From: Oculina patagonica
Taxonomy: Eukaryota
Length of the DNA stretch: 64,000 nucleotides
Reading direction: 5' to 3'
NCBI RefSeq assembly: GCF_052425735.1
Contig: NC_135759.1
Span: 21,204,001 to 21,268,000, forward strand
Shown here: positions 38,791-52,514 of the stretch, piece by piece
How the letters are laid out: the number at the start of each line of letters is the position of its first letter
Position numbering within the stretch: the first letter of the stretch is position 1
Program-made: the position numbers and the translations under genes
Notes under the pieces: generated by a model
What the model was told of the DNA's origin: nothing
Database searches by the model: none
What the model saw: the letters and a program-made list of their open reading frames with translations, nothing else

Positions 38791-39917
38791 TTGTACAATG
38801 AAAGCACTTGTTTATGACGAATATGTTTTTTACCACTGAACGCCTATTGATTCATTGTATCTGATGTTCGCAATGTAAAACGAAAGCTCATTTCGTTGAC
38901 TCTGCCCGTTGTTCGCGCTTTGCCTCTTCGCTCGATTTGCTCTGTCGCAACATTCTAAAAAATTACACTTATAGAGAGTAGAAGAATTGTAGACAGACCA
39001 CACAAGAGTTGTCCTTACATCCATGAATGCACTGTGTTTTTTGTGGTTATCAAATAATCAGCAAGGATGTTGAGAAAAGGAACTTGTGTTGCTTGTCCTT
39101 TATGATTGGCGTCAAAAACTATGACAATACAATACAATACAAAACAATGTTTAATGTGGTCATTACACTTAGCTATGGTTTCGTGCGTCCCGCATTGTTA
39201 GCAAAATCGGGGGGAACGCACCCCTAGTCCACCGCAGGCTTTTTTATATAATTTTAAACAAGCGCCACTTTAGCTGGCTATCAAGCGTCTTTTACGGCCA
39301 TGATAAAAAATTTCAGCTTCTTTTTCAACGCCATTTTCCTTCTAATTTTGAATTATTATTTATGAATTCTCCTTCCTGGTCTCCATATCTTTCTTACCGT
39401 GTTAATGAGGAGGATTTAATTTTAACTTATAACAATTTCCCTTTGTAATTTGATTTTTAACAATGCTCCGTTTATTTGGCCTAGTTTTTGTATTTGATTC
39501 AGTTGGAGATAAATTTTACTCTACTCAACTAATAACAAAAGGCAAACTTTTTGATACCAGTTCAGTGAGAAAAACAGCAGCAACAGTCGCAGTTTTTTCC
39601 GGATTAAAATTTATTTAATGGATAAAGTACCACATTAATAGATCAACTTTTTCAACATCATGTGAACGCTAAACAATTCAAACTTATTAGAGTTGTAAAA
39701 GTTAACTCGTGGAAAGTTATCCAAAGTTCACTACCACGTTACCAGCCACCACCAGCAAATGATATTAACTTTTTATGGGACCGCAGCTTACCATAAAGGA
39801 ATGAACCTCATGGCAAGTGGCACAAGAAATCTATCTCCCGCGTTTATATAAAAAAATATCGGTTGCGATTGGTTGGGTAAATAACACGTGGTGTCTCTAA
39901 GGACCACGCCCTTGCAA

Positions 39918-40050
39918 GGTGTTACTACAATTAACGACATCTCGGATTTTCTACAAATTACGAAAACGTGTTATTACAGTTTGCGATAGGTGCGTTATTA
40001 AAAAACGCAATAGCTGTTATTACAATTTACGACAGGTATTACAACACGAC
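39918..40050 (+). repeat. Degenerate tandem array of TTATTACAA(A/T)TT(G/A)CGA-type units
   Basis: About 5-6 imperfect units of roughly 22-25 bp; probably the interior of a non-autonomous element. Confidence 0.55.
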
Positions 40051-43000
40051 AATCCACGACAGAACAAGCGAAAGCTAACTTTAAACTTTTGTAAAATTCA
40101 GTGTTTACGTTTTCTGTCCTTGATCCTCAATTTTTAAAACCTTTGATTAGGTGCGAATAGAATACAAGGCAAGGCACATTATCAGTTCTTTCGCAGTTTG
40201 GTGACTTGGGAACGCGCACAGAATTTTTTGCGGTTTCCATTTTCAAACAGTCATCAAGGTATTGCCAAATAATTAGTTCGAAAGGATTTTTTACACATGA
40301 GTACGTACCCGTGGCAAGGAAAAGCATATACTTTGGACTAACCTCCCGGACTGTCTCAGCCCATATGCTCAATACTGTGAGTGCCAAAAACAGTATAATG
40401 AAATTAAAAATACAACCTACAATCTTTGACAAAACCTTGGCACAATTGCTGTTTTTCTCACTTGAAACATGAAAAAGTTAAGTTTTTCCCCCTCTCTCTC
40501 TTTGCAATGTTGCGTAGCATGCAAAAAATAATGCCTTCAATTGCTGCCTACTTTTGTTCACAAACTAAAACGCACTATACAAGAGGTTTGGGCACATTGC
40601 GCTATCAAACAGTGAAACGGGTGGGTGTGTCAACGAGTTTTGTCAAAGATTGTAGCCATGTCCTTCAAATACAGTCATAATTAAACTACAAAGTTGGAAA
40701 AGGCGGGATTACTCCAGATTTCTAGCTACAATATAAAGCAGTTTTATTATTTAATTACAGAGTTTGCCATGAGAAAACATGAAATTTGTCGAAAGGCCGT
40801 CCCAGGCCCTTAATCTAGGTAATGCGGTATTTTGCGAAATGAAACACAGTACTTGTTTTAGTTAATCAACCTGGGTGATAACATTAGTAGAGCACATGTT
40901 CCAGGCAGGTTACTTTGTAAACATGACATTTCAGACCTTAAAATGCAATGTTTCGAAAAACACAATACTGTTTTTATTTTCACTGCACGAGATTCTATTC
41001 ATGTCATGTATACCATAAATTGTTGTCCCACGGACTGCTTGTGCGTCACTTCATGCTGCGTTGCACAAGATACATTACAAAGGGTTCAAGGTTTGTAAGA
41101 AACAATATGCTGCGGTGGTCGACTGTATATTCCGATCATGAGGCTACCTTATGTTTTTGAAAAGACAAATGGTCCCCTTTTATTCCTCCTAGATAACCAA
41201 CAGGCTATTGTGCTGAAGTTATTTAATTTTCCATGTCGTTGGCTGCTCGTATCCTTCACTTGTTGACTCTGACTGGTCGGTTTTCTAATCCTTTATTTTT
41301 GCAGCCCCCATTGTGGGCCGTCTGGTAGTCGATCATTCTGAGCGCGGTTGTACGCCCATTGTGACTGAACATATATTTGGCAAAGAATTACCAGGCGACC
41401 TATGGGCTTTGAATTTGCGAAAAAAATACGGAAAAATGCTCAGAGGACAAATAAATTGGACAAACAAATCATTAAGCGGTGAACTCTACGCAGTGTCTGC
41501 ATTCCTATTTCTCGTATGACGTTTTAACGTTTTATGTTTTACCCTGTCTGATGTCTGAGACAGCAACCTTGTCTGAAACAAAGCTTTTTAACTCTGTTTT
41601 TCTATCCTTTGGACACGAGTCAGGCCTCCCAGGTTGCTCTCCTAGCTATCTCTATGCCTACACCAGTTTTCACTTTTTATTATGTGCTCTAACAGTGACA
41701 TATTTAACTTTATTTCTCTCTCAAAATATTTATTCGTATTACAGTTAGCCAGTCTAAAGAATAGATGACGATCTGTATTGAGGTCTGCATGTAGAAAATT
41801 GTAATGAAAAAAAATTAAGGAAAAAAGGGGATATGATTAACAGAGAAAATACCTTAATTACATTTTGAGATTTAGTTTTGTTTTACTATATTTTTTTGTA
41901 GCCGAGCTTACTCCCACCATATAGATCCCGCTGATGAGATGTACTGTCATTCATTCGTCACTGTTCGTCTTCGCAGGGGCTTAACGTCTTTTACCTAATT
42001 CGATAATTACTTGTCTGTATTCCAAGGCGCGCTGCAGGAATTTGATGCAATGGAGAAGACAGTCTGTCAACAAGAATTAGCAGAAGAGACTAGACGTACC
42101 AATGTAATCTGCAGCCAACTTGCATGCGACTGAGTTAAAAAAGGACCGCTAGAAATTGAATCGGCGAAACTCTTTTAGTGAAGAGGACTGCTGTTTTGCG
42201 CAGCCCATTTCTTTTCGTTACACCGTGTGATACCTTATAACTGTTCACACTTGACATCATACGCCTGGTTAAAGTGAAGTATTGTTCAGAATCTTGGGTG
42301 TGAGCAGGCCATTCCGGCAGTTTGTTAGCTAAACTTCGGTACAGTTGATAAGGCAAGCTAAAAAATAAACCGCTCTTATTTTTGAACGAAACTGTATAGC
42401 CCACTGAGATATTCCTTGGCTGAAATCAATGGGGTGCTCCACAAAGTTTAGTAGCCACATCAGCAGTCTAAAAATATATCTTAAGTCCAAAATTAAACAG
42501 CTATTACTCAGGTTGACAATGATCTTGAAAACTTGTTAACAAGCCGGCAAATGACGTTCAGTGACCTAATGTTTGTCCCATATGAAAGCTAAAATCAAAA
42601 GACTTGATAAACTTTGGTTTTTGGGCATTTGATTATGTAATGTCTTTCACATTGACGAGATTGTCCAGCAATAGTGGCATGTTTCGAGTACAGGTAGGCA
42701 GCAAGCAACAGTTTGATTTGAACAGTTGTTTAATTTATTAGAATATTCTCACTGCCACTAAAGAATTCGAGTTGCTGAGAAGAGTGAAAATCCCCCATTC
42801 AGTGTCACTCACAGCAGAGACCCGGTAAAACGCCAGGGAGTTTAACATTTTTACTTAGCTTAAAAAAACCAAACACGCTTTATGCCAAATTAAATTTACT
42901 AAAATTACAATTTTTTACTTGTACAAGTTTGCAGTATTACTTAGTCAAATGACTGACCAGGAAAAATATATTATGCGCATGCGAGCTAGATAAAATCAAA

Positions 43001-44059
43001 GCTAGAAAGTTAAACAAAGGCTACGCCGAAATTCAGTAGTGTTATATATAAAAGAAGCTTAACCCCACCCTTTACAATAAAAATTACAGCAGCTGTTTTG
43101 GCTAATCAGCAAAGGCAAACAAAAGTGAAGATCAGTAGACCTTAAAATTCGAACAGTTATAGTGCAAAACAAAAATATGTTTCGCTCATTCATTTGCAAA
43201 CGTGAGAAATTCCGGCAGCTTCAAAGAAATTTATACATTCATATCAAGTTTGCAATTTATATCGTTCTTTTGTTTCTTATAACGGAAAAGAGGTATAATT
43301 TTGGTCAACAACAACAACAACAACAACATCCTCTTTATTTTCCTTATCAATAAAATTAAATTACAGAAATTGTTATATAAATATTACTAAAGATAAGAAG
43401 TTCTGGCAACCCGAAATAACCACTAGGTTAAAAATGCCGGGTTGCCAGTTTACAAATTGATTTGTCAAATTTTGGCCGGACACACACACGTACACACGGA
43501 CACACATACAAAATATAATATAGAATATAATATATACCAGAAAGTAAAGAAGAAAAGAAGCTGAAAATTACACGCGTAATCTATTACCATAAATAAAAAA
43601 TATAAATGAACTGAACAATGAAGAATATTAGAAACATAATGGTAAGGCGTTGCAAAAACAGTGATATTATCTTAATGTGAAGACAAAGGAATGATATGGA
43701 AGGGAAGGGTCGCTTTACTGTTTCGTAGAACTTTTAACACTTCGTCAAAGATGGAAATAACTTTCGAAAAAACTAACCACCTGACAATCAAATCCCTTCC
43801 ATATCATTACTCCTCGGGCGATAATTAGAAAATCTCAACATACGCTTTTCATTTGAATAGATCGATAGCTGGGTGTTAACGTAACTGGTTTCTAGTGTTA
43901 ATCGATTGTCGACACGCCTTTGCCATTTTTAGAATTTCGTGAGTTGTGCCTTTTCCACGTGTGGGCACTCCCAAATAATGACTTACCTAACTTATATAAG
44001 CACGCTATCATGAAGACAATTTATGCGATAGCCGATTTTTTAAACCTTTGAGAGATAGC

Positions 44060-44505
44060 AGGCTTTAAGCACGGGCAACACAAGATGAGAGTCACCGAAA
44101 GTTGACGAGAGTTAAACTTTCATCGACTACCATTCGAGCGAGGCTGAACGAGGATGCGAGGGATGGCACGAGAATTGATAAACATCACGCGATGCGCGAG
44201 CGAAATCTTTCGTCCTCGGGCTTTCGTCGACTGTCACGAACATTTACACACTTTCAGATTCGACGAGTTTAGCTAAGAGTTTACGAGAGTCGAGGAGAGC
44301 GTACTTATAGTTCCAGCCAAATAACGTAATAATAATAATTTATATATTTATTAAAATAGCGCTATTTCCAAAAAAGGATTGCCCACTAGCACTTTACAAC
44401 AACTGGCTTACAAATGAAATTACATGGCTTAATTACAAATAACAAAATGGGAGCGAAAGTTTGAGCTCTTGCATTAGGCTACTCTTATTATAGTTTGGCC
44501 CGAGA
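44060..44505. mobile_element. Decayed non-autonomous DNA element with GAGAGT repeats, interrupted by a reversed LINE-like (TAA)n tail
   Basis: Repeated GACGAGAGT/GATGAGAGT units; GTTTGGCCCG end near 44494; AATAATAATAAT..TTTATT..AGCGC block near 44328. Confidence 0.4.
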
Positions 44506-44870
44506 TTTATATATTGTAGCAATTATCGCTTTAAATTTCATGCCCTGTCATCGAGGTTCCGTTACCTACAAAAATAAATTGAAATTTTGGGATATCTGGC
44601 AAGCAAATAAACCCATAATGCGATTCTCCTGTGCTGCATAACGCGTCAAAGGTTTTCAACTTCGGTTAAAAAGCCTAATCTTCCTTCCCCCATCCCGATC
44701 CCTCCTCCAGCCACGCATCCCTCCCTCACAAACAGAAAACGACTTGAACACTAACAATAACAACAATACAAAAGCAACAAAAAAACTAAACTGTAGTTAT
44801 ACACGTAAAGTTATAAGATGGATGAATCACCTCATATTCATTTATTCTTTCCCACGCATTAATTTTCCAG

Positions 44871-45146
44871 GTAAAGAAACAAAGGTTTGCCCTCATGAGA
44901 AGATGCATTTTTAACGAAGAGATCACATCTGAGGGCTACTACCAGTACAAATCTGTTAGATATCCAGATTTATACATCGGTTTCTCCAAAGGCGGGCGCC
45001 CAAGGAACGGAAAAACAAGCGCCAAGAGGCAAATCTACCGTCATTTTACACCAAGGGTGCTGGGGAGAAGAAAACACCGACGAGAGGCTAAAATCAGAAA
45101 AATCATCAAGTTGCTGAAGCAGACACTTCACAGGAGACGGGCATAG
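44871..45146 (+). CDS. FGF8: FGF8-like C, coding exon 5 (VKKQRFALMRRCIFNEEITSEGYYQYKSVRYPDLYIGFSKGGRPR...HRRRA); 229 aa in total
   Basis: Acceptor aattttccag; C-x-F-x-E-x6-Y signature; YIGFSKGGRPR; TAG stop; AATAAA at 45210 and 45356. Confidence 0.95.
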   Translation, partial: VKKQRFALMRRCIFNEEITSEGYYQYKSVRYPDLYIGFSKGGRPRNGKTSAKRQIYRHFTPRVLGRRKHRREAKIRKIIKLLKQTLHRRRA

Positions 45147-46411
45147 AACTGGAAGCATCGCCACCTGGAGCTACCAGGTCTGATCCGCACGTGCAGTGTA
45201 CACAGGGACAATAAACGACAACAACTTCCATTTCTACTAGGAGTCGATGAATCTCTTGCAGGCAAAAGACATCAGTGAGGAAATACATTATCTCTCTTCA
45301 CTTTTAGAAATTAGGGTCAAATATACTTCAAAGTGTTAGGAGCTTTGCATGTGACAATAAAAATATTGTGGTGTGACGAGGACATGAATGTACCAAGGCA
45401 GCTTGCTTGCTAGCACCAATCATCAATGATTATCATTGAAATCTATAACTCAATTTTCTGTAACATTAAGAGATGAAGATCTAGTAAAACCAAATACTCA
45501 TTCATAAATCGAGGTAGAATTAACCCTTTTAGTTTCAATTTCGACTGAATACCAATTATCACTAACTTCCATAAAATAACTCCTGAAGGGTCCCCCCTAA
45601 AAATTGGGGGAACATCAAATCACTATCTGTCAGTGTTTGACAAAGTATTGCTATTGTAAGAAAAAAAATTAGATATCGCCGTTGAGAATTGAAGGTTTTT
45701 CAATCAGTTCCAGTTAAATTTTAAAGCTATTATAAAAACGGTTACTCAGTTTCGCCAAATGAAAATACCAGTTAACTAACATTTTTCAGTAGTACTAGTA
45801 CTAGCAGACTAATGAAGGAGAATTGAATGTATCAAACGTTCAAATATTTATTCCTATATATTTATGTTTTTGTACTGTCTTTGATTAAAATATAGCTGAT
45901 AGGGGAAATTGGCACAGAAGTACTGCCTTTGATTAATTTTAGTGTTTCTTAAAAAAAATTGTCAATGAAAGCTAGAAAGCCGTTGGCTTTTTAAAAATCG
46001 ACGAAGGCCGAAGTTATTTGGAAGAAACGTCTTGAAAGTTTTAATGTTGTTTCTAACGTTATTACAAGTCAGTGTCAAGCACAAATTTTATATTATGAAA
46101 ATCAGTCCCTTATACTTTATTTACCACAAAAAAAAAACACAAGAAATACAATTAATTTGAAGAAATAAACGATAACATTATATTATTAAACAGACAACAC
46201 ACTATTCGAAGTAAACACACTTGGTAAACACTCTTCTATCTTCGGTTACGCTAAACGGCACGTAAAGTGTCACTTTGCTTAGTGTAATAACTTTAGCTGA
46301 AACTGCTATGTTTCAAACAAATAGAGCTACATCGGTTTTTGATTGGTTATAGAAAGAAAAAACTTGTGTGTTTTCAACCAGTCAGAACCAAATCTAAAGC
46401 AAAATCGCTTT

Positions 46412-46700
46412 TGGGGGGAGCACGGATAGCGCAGTGGTGAGAGCGCTCGCTCACTTCCAACCAATGTGGCTCGGGTTCGATTCCCGGATCCGGCGTCATA
46501 TATATGTGGGTTGAGTTTGTTGTTAGTTCTCGTCCTTGCTCCGAGGGTTTTTCTCCGGGTTCTCTGGTTTTCCTCCCTCCACAAAAACCAACACTTCTAA
46601 ATTCCAATTCGATCGGGAATCCGAGGGCCACAGGTTTGTCAGTCGAAAGACTGTTATGTGCAACCCTCGTAAAACAAAGTTGATTTATTTATTAATTTAT
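46412..46700 (+). mobile_element. tRNA-derived SINE (V-SINE-like core)
   Basis: A box GATAGCGCAGTGG; B box GGGTTCGATTCC; TTTTTCTCCGGGTTCTCTGGTTTTCCTCCC core; (TTTA)n tail. Confidence 0.9.
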
Positions 46701-46701
46701 T

Positions 46702-46967
46702 GAGGCTCCACCAGGAATTTCAGGGAACAAGGGAACATGGGCATTATTAACTATATTGAGAAAACGGGAACCAACGGGAAAATAAAGCTGGGAACACGGG
46801 AATAAAAGCATATTTTAGGGAAAACCAAAACGAAGAAATGCTTTTAGGGAACACTGACGGGAACGTAAGGAAAGTTTTGTTAGGAACAAGGGAACATAGA
46901 CACAACCCATCCCCCCCCCTCCCCCACACACACACACACACACACACAACACACCCCGCAAGCCCTC
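46702..46967. mobile_element. MITE-like element with GAGG...CCTC ends (Sola2-like), GGGAACA repeats and a (CA)n microsatellite
   Basis: GAGGCTCC..AGCCCTC termini and multiple GGGAAC(A) units; no clear TSD. Confidence 0.5.
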
Positions 46968-49900
46968 CTAATATAATGAACTGATGCGCGTTTTCCGCGC
47001 TTTTTCGCGCCATAAAGGGAAGCTTTGATTGGTTCAAGCTTTGATTGGTTCTTAGAAGATAAATCTTTACAGTACTATTGCAAAACGGATATCTTAGTGT
47101 TGTTTATTTGGATCAGATTCTTATGCTGCCAGCCTAGAAAGGAATCGATGTTTTATAATTAAAATTTGGCCTAGAAGGGACTTTACTTTTCAATTATTAG
47201 ATCCTAGAATCGTCCCAGAGGTCGAAGCATTTCTGGCAGCGACAAGATTCTGATATCTAAGAGACGGCAATATTATACCATTTCTCGTTGGTCTGGGAAG
47301 AAAAATGGTGCAAATATGGATCAATATGATCACACAGTCTCCACAACCGAGGCTTCCGAGGAGCAGGAAAATGAGTGGGTACCAGGGTATTGGTGGTCGT
47401 CAGGAGCCCATTACTAGGAGCGTGCAACATTACTAGATGGGTTCCTGTGGTCGTGGGAAGAGAAGGGAATTCACCGAATGATCTGCGTAAACAACTGTTC
47501 ATTTCACAAGAGAATACGAAAGATATTTATCGTAATTGAGAGAGTTGCTGCCGCAATGGTATCAGATAAAACTACCTAGCTGGCACGATGTCATAATTTC
47601 CTGATAATTTCTGAAGCCTTCTAACTATTCCATTAGATAGGCATTTGTCTATTGTGCTCGACCAAATGTCCAGCAGTGCTAATCCAGTGATTATTACGCT
47701 GCCCAAGTTATAAAATGTGACAATAACAAGCTTGAAATTCCGTCTACAAACTGGACACCCTCTAGGGTGTCTTTTTTTCTCAGGCCGAGGTAGTCACAAA
47801 TGGATGGACGCCATCTTGATTCAGTCAGTTAGGTATCCTTCCGGTCTTTTTCGAGGCTTCTCTAATACTCCAATACCTCTAGAAATCCTTCAGATTTCCG
47901 GATTTTCGGGCTAAGCAAACAGCACCTGAATTAACAAATTAATCTCTTGTCAATTTTTGTGTTCCAGAGAAAGAAAAAAACATTGTCAAACAATGCTAGC
48001 ATTGCTGCGTTGTAGCAAACATCGCCTGGAACAAAGTTTTCTCTCCCATAATTACGTCAAAAGTGCTCATTATCCTCAACCTCTATTTAAACCACGTAGG
48101 CGCTGTCCAGGATTCAATGAAAGCCGTAACTTATGCACGTGACTCATCAATCTTCATTAGACCTTTCACTTCTTGTTAATGGTTTGACACCAACTTGGAC
48201 AAGCTCCACAACCAATTCCAAAAGCCGGTCTGTTTATTAAGCTGTGTCACGTGGTGTCTCGACATGATAATGCCAAAGATTACAAAGAGGCATTTCCGAG
48301 CATACTGACCACACGTTTCTTTAAAGCCACGTGCAAGCCTTCGGACCCTTTACAACGGCCACCCTGAGAACATTTTACTGGTCATGCTGCAATATGATTA
48401 CTGTACATTCATTAAAATGATTAATTCTTAATATTCCAAGAAGAAAAACGCTGGCTATGGGCATACAGGCCATAAGAATGACTGTTGTCAAGAGGTAATT
48501 AAATCATTTTTTAAAACAAAGGCAACTGATAAAGTTGATAAAATATTGCAAATAATGTCCTCTCCAGAGTGTATAATCATCATTGAGGCTATTGACATCG
48601 CTGAAATAAAACTGCGGCCAGTTTTGGCTCTGCAGTGATTTAAAGGTAGCCGCAAGATTGTAATAGGTAGATTGTTAGCGCTCACTTTAATTCTGTGTGT
48701 GGCTTCAGTTTGTCATATCCCGAAGTTAAATCTGTTGCTCTTATGACGTCTTGTTACAGGTTGTTATGCACACAGGGTAAGGGTGGTGGCCTTTAGTGGA
48801 AGTTAATAAACTCAAAAACTCGATGAAAACAATGTCGCGAAGTAAAAGAAATTTAATTATAAGAAGGTCTGCAAACTACAAAAAACCTGACACTTGTACT
48901 TGGAGACTAAATTCTTATCTGACAGAGGTATATCCGGGTCAACGATTTTTAATAACCTTATTTCCGCTGCTTTCATTTTCGCCGCCATAAATATCACGTT
49001 GTAAAAAAAAAGAGGGCGAAGAAAATTATGGCCTTTTTGTTTGGCCTGCTCGTATTACTTTTCAAGGAAGGAAAAAAAACGTGGTGTTTCGCATTAACTT
49101 TTGCTTTGCTGCAGAAACTCGAAGTGATTTTGGCAGCAAAAGCTTAACCTAAGGATTTTAAACAAAGGGCTGCTTTGTGTTCCTCGTTCTAGGCTGTTGT
49201 TTGATCAGATTGTTTCTGCATTAATTCTTGTTTTGAATTTTCTCATTTGTTTTACTTCATAACCAACCGGAAATTATCCTTGTACATAGTTCGACTGCAC
49301 TGCAGGAACTCAGGTTAGATGTCAGCCCACAGAAGTCTGCAGCAGGAAGCGTCGCCGTTAATTTCATTAGATAATGAATTTCCTATCTCTCAGACTATTT
49401 ACACTATTTTTGCAAGGGATCATTTTAAAAGTTTGTGGTAGACCGCAACACGCAGTGTAACAAAGCTTTGATTGTCTATCTCGCTTTTCCACATTGATTT
49501 TGCTATTCTGCCAAACGAATGCACTCCCTCGATTTCAGTTGATCAATTATTAAGACAGTGCTTTCAGTGCCGAGTATTGACATACTTTGGGAAGCCATTG
49601 AATTCCTAAGTATGTGGAAGATGACACGCTTGTTGTTGTGAAATAAATTGATATGCTAGTCTGCGGAATAGAAATGTCGCACGATTTGTGAAGTAGGACG
49701 CCCTTACTTATCAGGCAATCTGGAAAAAAGTGAAATCAGTAATTCAAGATCGTGAATTAACGGTATTATCTTGATTTTAGTGATTGTGGCTCATATCAGG
49801 TCATTTTGCGGCTTGCTATGACGTCTGAAACTCTAAAAAAAGACACAAAAACTTCTCCGGGGCTAAATTAAAATTAATACAAAAATATCAAAAGAAGTTC

Positions 49901-52514
49901 TACCGTGAATTTGTCAAAATATTTCTCAGCGAATTCCTCAACATTTTATTTTTAACGCTAAACAATTTAATGTTTGATCTAAAAAAAAATGATAGATCGC
50001 ACATCCCAGTAGCTTTAGAGCCATTGGGTTTCAGCCTCAATATTCCTTAAAATTGGAAAGTTCGGTCCAAATGGCTTGACTTGCGGGCGACTTATAATGA
50101 ACCATTTCCTGCTAATGGTTTATTAAACGGAAAAGTGACTCGCCACATCGTCATTGTTCATCACTCTTTCTTGCGCCGCGTGGGCAATATAACGGGAAGC
50201 ACAATTATTGAAGCGAACATCACCTGACGTAATTGTTTTTTTTTTTTTCCTTTCAGCGTACATTTTGTCCACCGAGACGTGATTTTTCCCTCATTTTTTC
50301 GCGAAAACGTTAATTTTCAATTTAGAAGTTTCTTTGAATTGCTTAAAGTCAATTTCCGACGTTCAAAGAATTTCACACGCACAGGTGCTTTCGCGATCGT
50401 CACGCGATTGCGCGAACCCGCGAAACATTGCGCAGTCACGTTGAAATGCAGTTGTCTTTTTCTATACACTTTTATGTCGATTTATATAGCTAAGCTTATG
50501 TTGAAATCGCGTTGTAATTGTTCACCCCCATTGGCAATGTCGTATTAACGGATACAATCAAAGAAACGCGCGCGAGAGAGATCCGAAAATAATGATACTC
50601 TATTCCTTTTGTTTTTCTTAAAAAAAATAATTCTAAGTAAGAGAAGGTAAACCGGAAAACGACAAGATGTTTTGAAGGTCCTTAAGCGAATTCCTTTGCG
50701 AGCTCACGAAAAATTACTTTAGCATGTCCTGGTAGAATTGCAAACAGAACGTGCTTTGTTTGGAACATAAAAATTCCGATGCAAATTGTGACAAGAAAAA
50801 GAGTATAAACGTCTGCTAAACCAAGGGTAATTAAAACGGGTTTCCAAACAAATGTACACAAATAAATGCATTGTCAAAATTCGTAGAAAAAATGCGCTAA
50901 ATGTCGACCTTGGAAACATGATGATCAGCTTAAAAAACATCGCTAAGACAAACTTTGCTTAGTAGACTGTTCTTAGTTTTGTCTCTAAACTATATTTTTA
51001 TCCAAACCAAAGAAAGCAAAGGGGTAATTAGGGACATCAATCACCATGTGTGACCTTTATGAAGTTCTGTGTATCGTGAACTCATGTCATGAATATGGAT
51101 TTCTGAAAAACCGCAAAACACGATAACTTTAAGTAGTAGTTTCTACGTATTAAAGTGCGTATGTTCTTCTGTAATGAATACAATACTATTCATCATAGCG
51201 ACTTTTTTTTGCTGGCTTACAAATTTGACAGTTGTGATTGAAATTTTAACCTCGATTAATCGGTTTATAAGCCAGGAATTTATTTAGCCAACCAGCTGCT
51301 CAGAAGGCAAAGGCAATAACTTTTAGATGAAAATAGCTCAGCGAAAGCAATAAATCTTGTTTGGCTCTTTGCGAAATAAAAATAAAACAACAACAAACAT
51401 TCGCACGATCTGAGAACTTCGGGTGGAATTTTAATACAATACTGCTGCGAAGAGCTACCTCGCTTTGGGAAAATCAACAGAATTAAATAAAGTACTCAAA
51501 GACCCATCATCTCATTAAAGTATTATAAACCGGGCTGGGTTTGGGAAGCGAAAAAAATTATTGGGCTTTCAAGAAGAAACTCGTTCTTGCTGAACCGCGG
51601 GTCGCGATCCCGAGTCACATGTATTCAACAGAAAATATCAGCAAGCGGGCTGTTATCGATGTTTACAGGAACTCGATAAAGGGCTCGGTCCGATTGAGAC
51701 AGAGATCACGTCTCTTTAGAACTCTATATGTAAAAGAAACACACCAATTATTGGATTTTGCATTCTAAATAGGAAATATTTGAGCGAAAAAATTGACCCG
51801 AGTCACCCCATGCCCGTCAAAACAAGAGAGATTCTTGCCGAGCTTTGACCATGCTGTGCGGTTATGCGAAGGTTTCTTCGGTCACTAAATATTGATATTA
51901 CTACTTGTAGGTTAGCGATGCAGCCCGATACCGCAAGCACTGTGAATTCTAAGTTATCACTAATAAAGCGTGCATTCGAGACTTAAAGAATATCGCTCTG
52001 TTGCCTTTGAGATTTGTTTTGAGTAATACAAACTCCCGGCGGCGCGCGGGAGTTCGAGTAACAGTTACAGACGTATACGTTTACCATCAAACGCTATTAA
52101 CTGTACAAGAATTTTTAATTGTTTATCTCCGAGAAAATTCATGTACACAGTTTTCAGTTTATAGAATTAGTGTCGAAGAATCCGATGGGGGAAAAAACTG
52201 CACAGAAAAGCCACAAACTGGCTGAATGAAAGAGGCTGTTCCTACTTTAACATCAAATCGGTCTTCTCAGCCGATATCACTGACAACAGAAGATAAAAGG
52301 ATTTAATTTTTCCCCCGAGAGCTTCGAATAATTACGCGCTGACTATCACAGGTATAAAACAGAAGGCCTTCTTTAAACAAATTTGATATTTACAAGGAAG
52401 GTATAAATAAGGCATATGTATTTGATAGACAAATTTCAATTTGAGAGCTCGATACGAACCCGCTAAGCTAAATTATAAATTAACCCTGGCCCCGCACTGT
52501 TATAATGACACTTT

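Noticed and set aside
39918-40050. Spaced repeats as a CRISPR-like array
   Set aside because: Degenerate units without unique spacers, no cas genes, and a eukaryotic intron context.
46412-46495. tRNA-like A/B boxes as a tRNA gene
   Set aside because: No cloverleaf; the sequence continues into a SINE body shared with the copy at 37421.
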